The notes beneath the pieces are model-generated. The model was not told where the DNA came from. It saw only the letters and a program-made list of their open reading frames with translations, and ran no database searches. Of a DNA stretch of 64,000 nt, positions 62,011-64,000 are shown in pieces. The translations under genes and the position numbers were made by a program. The stretch's first letter is position 1. Each line of letters opens with the position of its first letter. This stretch comes from Takakia lepidozioides (lineage: Eukaryota; Plantae; Bryophyta): contig CM060733.1 in the NCBI GenBank assembly GCA_030704615.1, forward strand, positions 15,934,001 to 15,998,000, in the 5' to 3' direction.

Positions 62011-64000
62011 AGATTTCCAACTCTTCTATCTTGGAGTTTCCGCCTCGGATAGCGAAGGGATGGGTGAGTAAAAGCCGCGCTACATTTGGCGACCATACTG
62101 GGGATCTGGGTCATGAACAACCAGATGTGACAGGCATCTGGTGGGATCATGGTGGATGGAGAATTAAAGAATTTGATGTGAATCAAATTCCTTGTGAAAC
62201 TGAGAAGGAAAGATTGTCCAAACGATTCTTCCAGAGGTTTTTGGAATTGCCGGACGGTTGTAAAGAAAACATTCTTAAGAGAGTGCATGATGCTGATCCG
62301 GAATGGGGTCTGGAGAAAGGAGTGATAAAGATTTATCAGGTAGCCTGTAGAGGAAGAGCACGTTGGTTACCAACGTTGGTTTATGTGATAGCATTGCTAT
62401 CCATTAAGCGAGTAGAGTTTGAAGGCTGGGAGGAAAGAAAAGTGAATGTTTATACTCATATGCATGAAGAGCTTGTACTGGTAAAGAATTGGATTCCAAA
62501 GGATATTTTGTGGATCAAACTCACACCAAGAACAGCTTTCCAGACTTGTTTGCCATATGGTTATATGGTAACGGAGACTTCAAGTATAGCCAAGGGTGCA
62601 TTGAAGCTTGAAAGAAACCCAGGCATATACGAGAGATATTACAGAAGAGAGTTTTGGTTATTGCCACATTAAAAGAAATGAAAGACATGGGACATGAGTG
62701 ATGAAAGAGAAGCTAGACGCCAGAGATATTCAGCAAAAAGAGAAAGCTATCTGAAAGCTAATTATCCATATCTTTAGGAGAGAGGAATAGACATAGGGGA
62801 ATCATCTGGACCTCTCACACCATTAAGATCAAAAGAGTACATCACCCATACCGGAAGAACTAGAGTTGGATGCCACTCCTTTTGTTTCTTTGCAAGAAAG
62901 ACTAAGGGAATTGGTACAGAAAGAAGATCAATCACGAGGTGAAAGATCTGGGGTACATCCCTGGATAAAAGATTTGACAGAAATCTTTGATAAGAGTTGG
63001 CATGGAACACCAAAAGCAGGAACTCCAGTTTCTGAAGCGGAGGGTGAAGAAGGAAAAGAAGATGTGGCAGAGCCAACGGAGAGTTCAGACTCTCCAACAC
63101 CAGTACAGTTGAGTTACATGAGTGAAGAAGAAACCCAAGAGCAGAACTTGGAGGATGAAAACAGAGAGAAGAAATTGGAAGAGGAAGAATATGAAGAAGT
63201 AGACCCAACAGCTGAGGTTGAGACTACAACCAGGACATCCCAACCCGTTGGACCTGGATCAAGTGGAGCACTTGGATCACAGGCCAACGAAGGTGTCGGC
63301 TCAGGGGGATCAGGCGGGCTGCCTGGATCTGGTTCTGGGGGGACAGGGAGTGTGGGAAGTAGTGCAACTGAAGCTGTGAATACTGTGAATATCGTGGGGC
63401 CGGAAGCAGGGAGTGCTCAAGGGCCACCACTTGGTGGAAGATCCACCACAAAAACAACAGGTCCAGAAGGACCAGCACCAGCAAGGGTGCCAGCACCTGT
63501 CAGTGGGCAGAAGGTAGGGCCACAGATGACGTTACAACCAACACGGGCAAAACCACCCTTTCCAATATATTCAGGAAAAGGGGATCCCGATGTACACATT
63601 AGCCAATTTGAGCACATGTGTATAGTGAACAATGAGAATGGCGATGATGCCAAGATGAGATTGTTTCCTTGTTCACTTATCAAGAAAGCAAGTGAATGGT
63701 ATGCAAGATTCCCTGATAATCATTTCCTAACCTGGAATGGCTTGAAAACAACATTTCGAAATAGGTTCAGGACAAGTAAAACTGAAGATGAAGTGTATGG
63801 AAGTTTACAACAGTTAAAGCAAAAGAAGCATGAAACTGTTGAGGAGTATATGGAAAAGATGGAATTGATGATGAAAAAGCTGGCTGCAGTACCAGCACCC
63901 GGTTTACAGAAGACTTGGTTTGTGAGTGGACTAAGAAAGTGGATATGTTACCCCATAATACAGTGGAGGAGGCATTTGAAACTGCAAACAGAATTGAACA
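62011..64000 (+). mobile_element. Another copy of the second gypsy family (extra ORF to Gag), inverted relative to 57150-59183
   Basis: Reverse-complement similarity with scattered substitutions. Confidence 0.88.

Noticed and set aside
57150-64000. Recent exact inverted duplication around the foldback element
   Set aside because: The arms differ at many sites, so they look like separate family members.

Overview
Eukaryotic, almost certainly land-plant DNA (spliceosomal introns, a decayed PLS-DYW PPR editing-factor gene). It consists mostly of nested transposons and has a 500-N scaffold gap at 54783-55282. The dominant feature is four copies or pieces of one large (>=13.7 kb reconstructed) Mutator-like DNA transposon with short imperfect TIRs and a 9-bp TSD. 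It encodes a ~1174-aa GCM-zinc-finger/DDE/SWIM transposase. On the opposite strand it carries a multi-exon gene with a ParB/Srx-like DGNHR domain and, apparently further downstream in the same gene, a prokaryote-style beta-class amino (6mA/4mC) DNA methyltransferase domain. Between the two divergent start codons lies a ~1.75-kb array of 22-bp palindromes (GGAAATGC-GGYRCC-GCATTTCC) repeated every 53 bp (5 helical turns), with half-sites resembling the GCM binding motif. This transposase + ParB-MTase + phased palindrome array is the best candidate for an undescribed system. Target-site duplications also show a cointegrate-like, circularly permuted arrangement of 23.5-54.8 kb. Other content: a chromovirus-type Ty3/gypsy element, a second gypsy family with an extra 5' ORF, a foldback MULE, a CACTA TnpA-like gene containing an FCP1-type phosphatase, Helitron-like RPA70/OTU genes and LINE fragments. 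All domain calls come from reading motifs by eye; no database searches were run.
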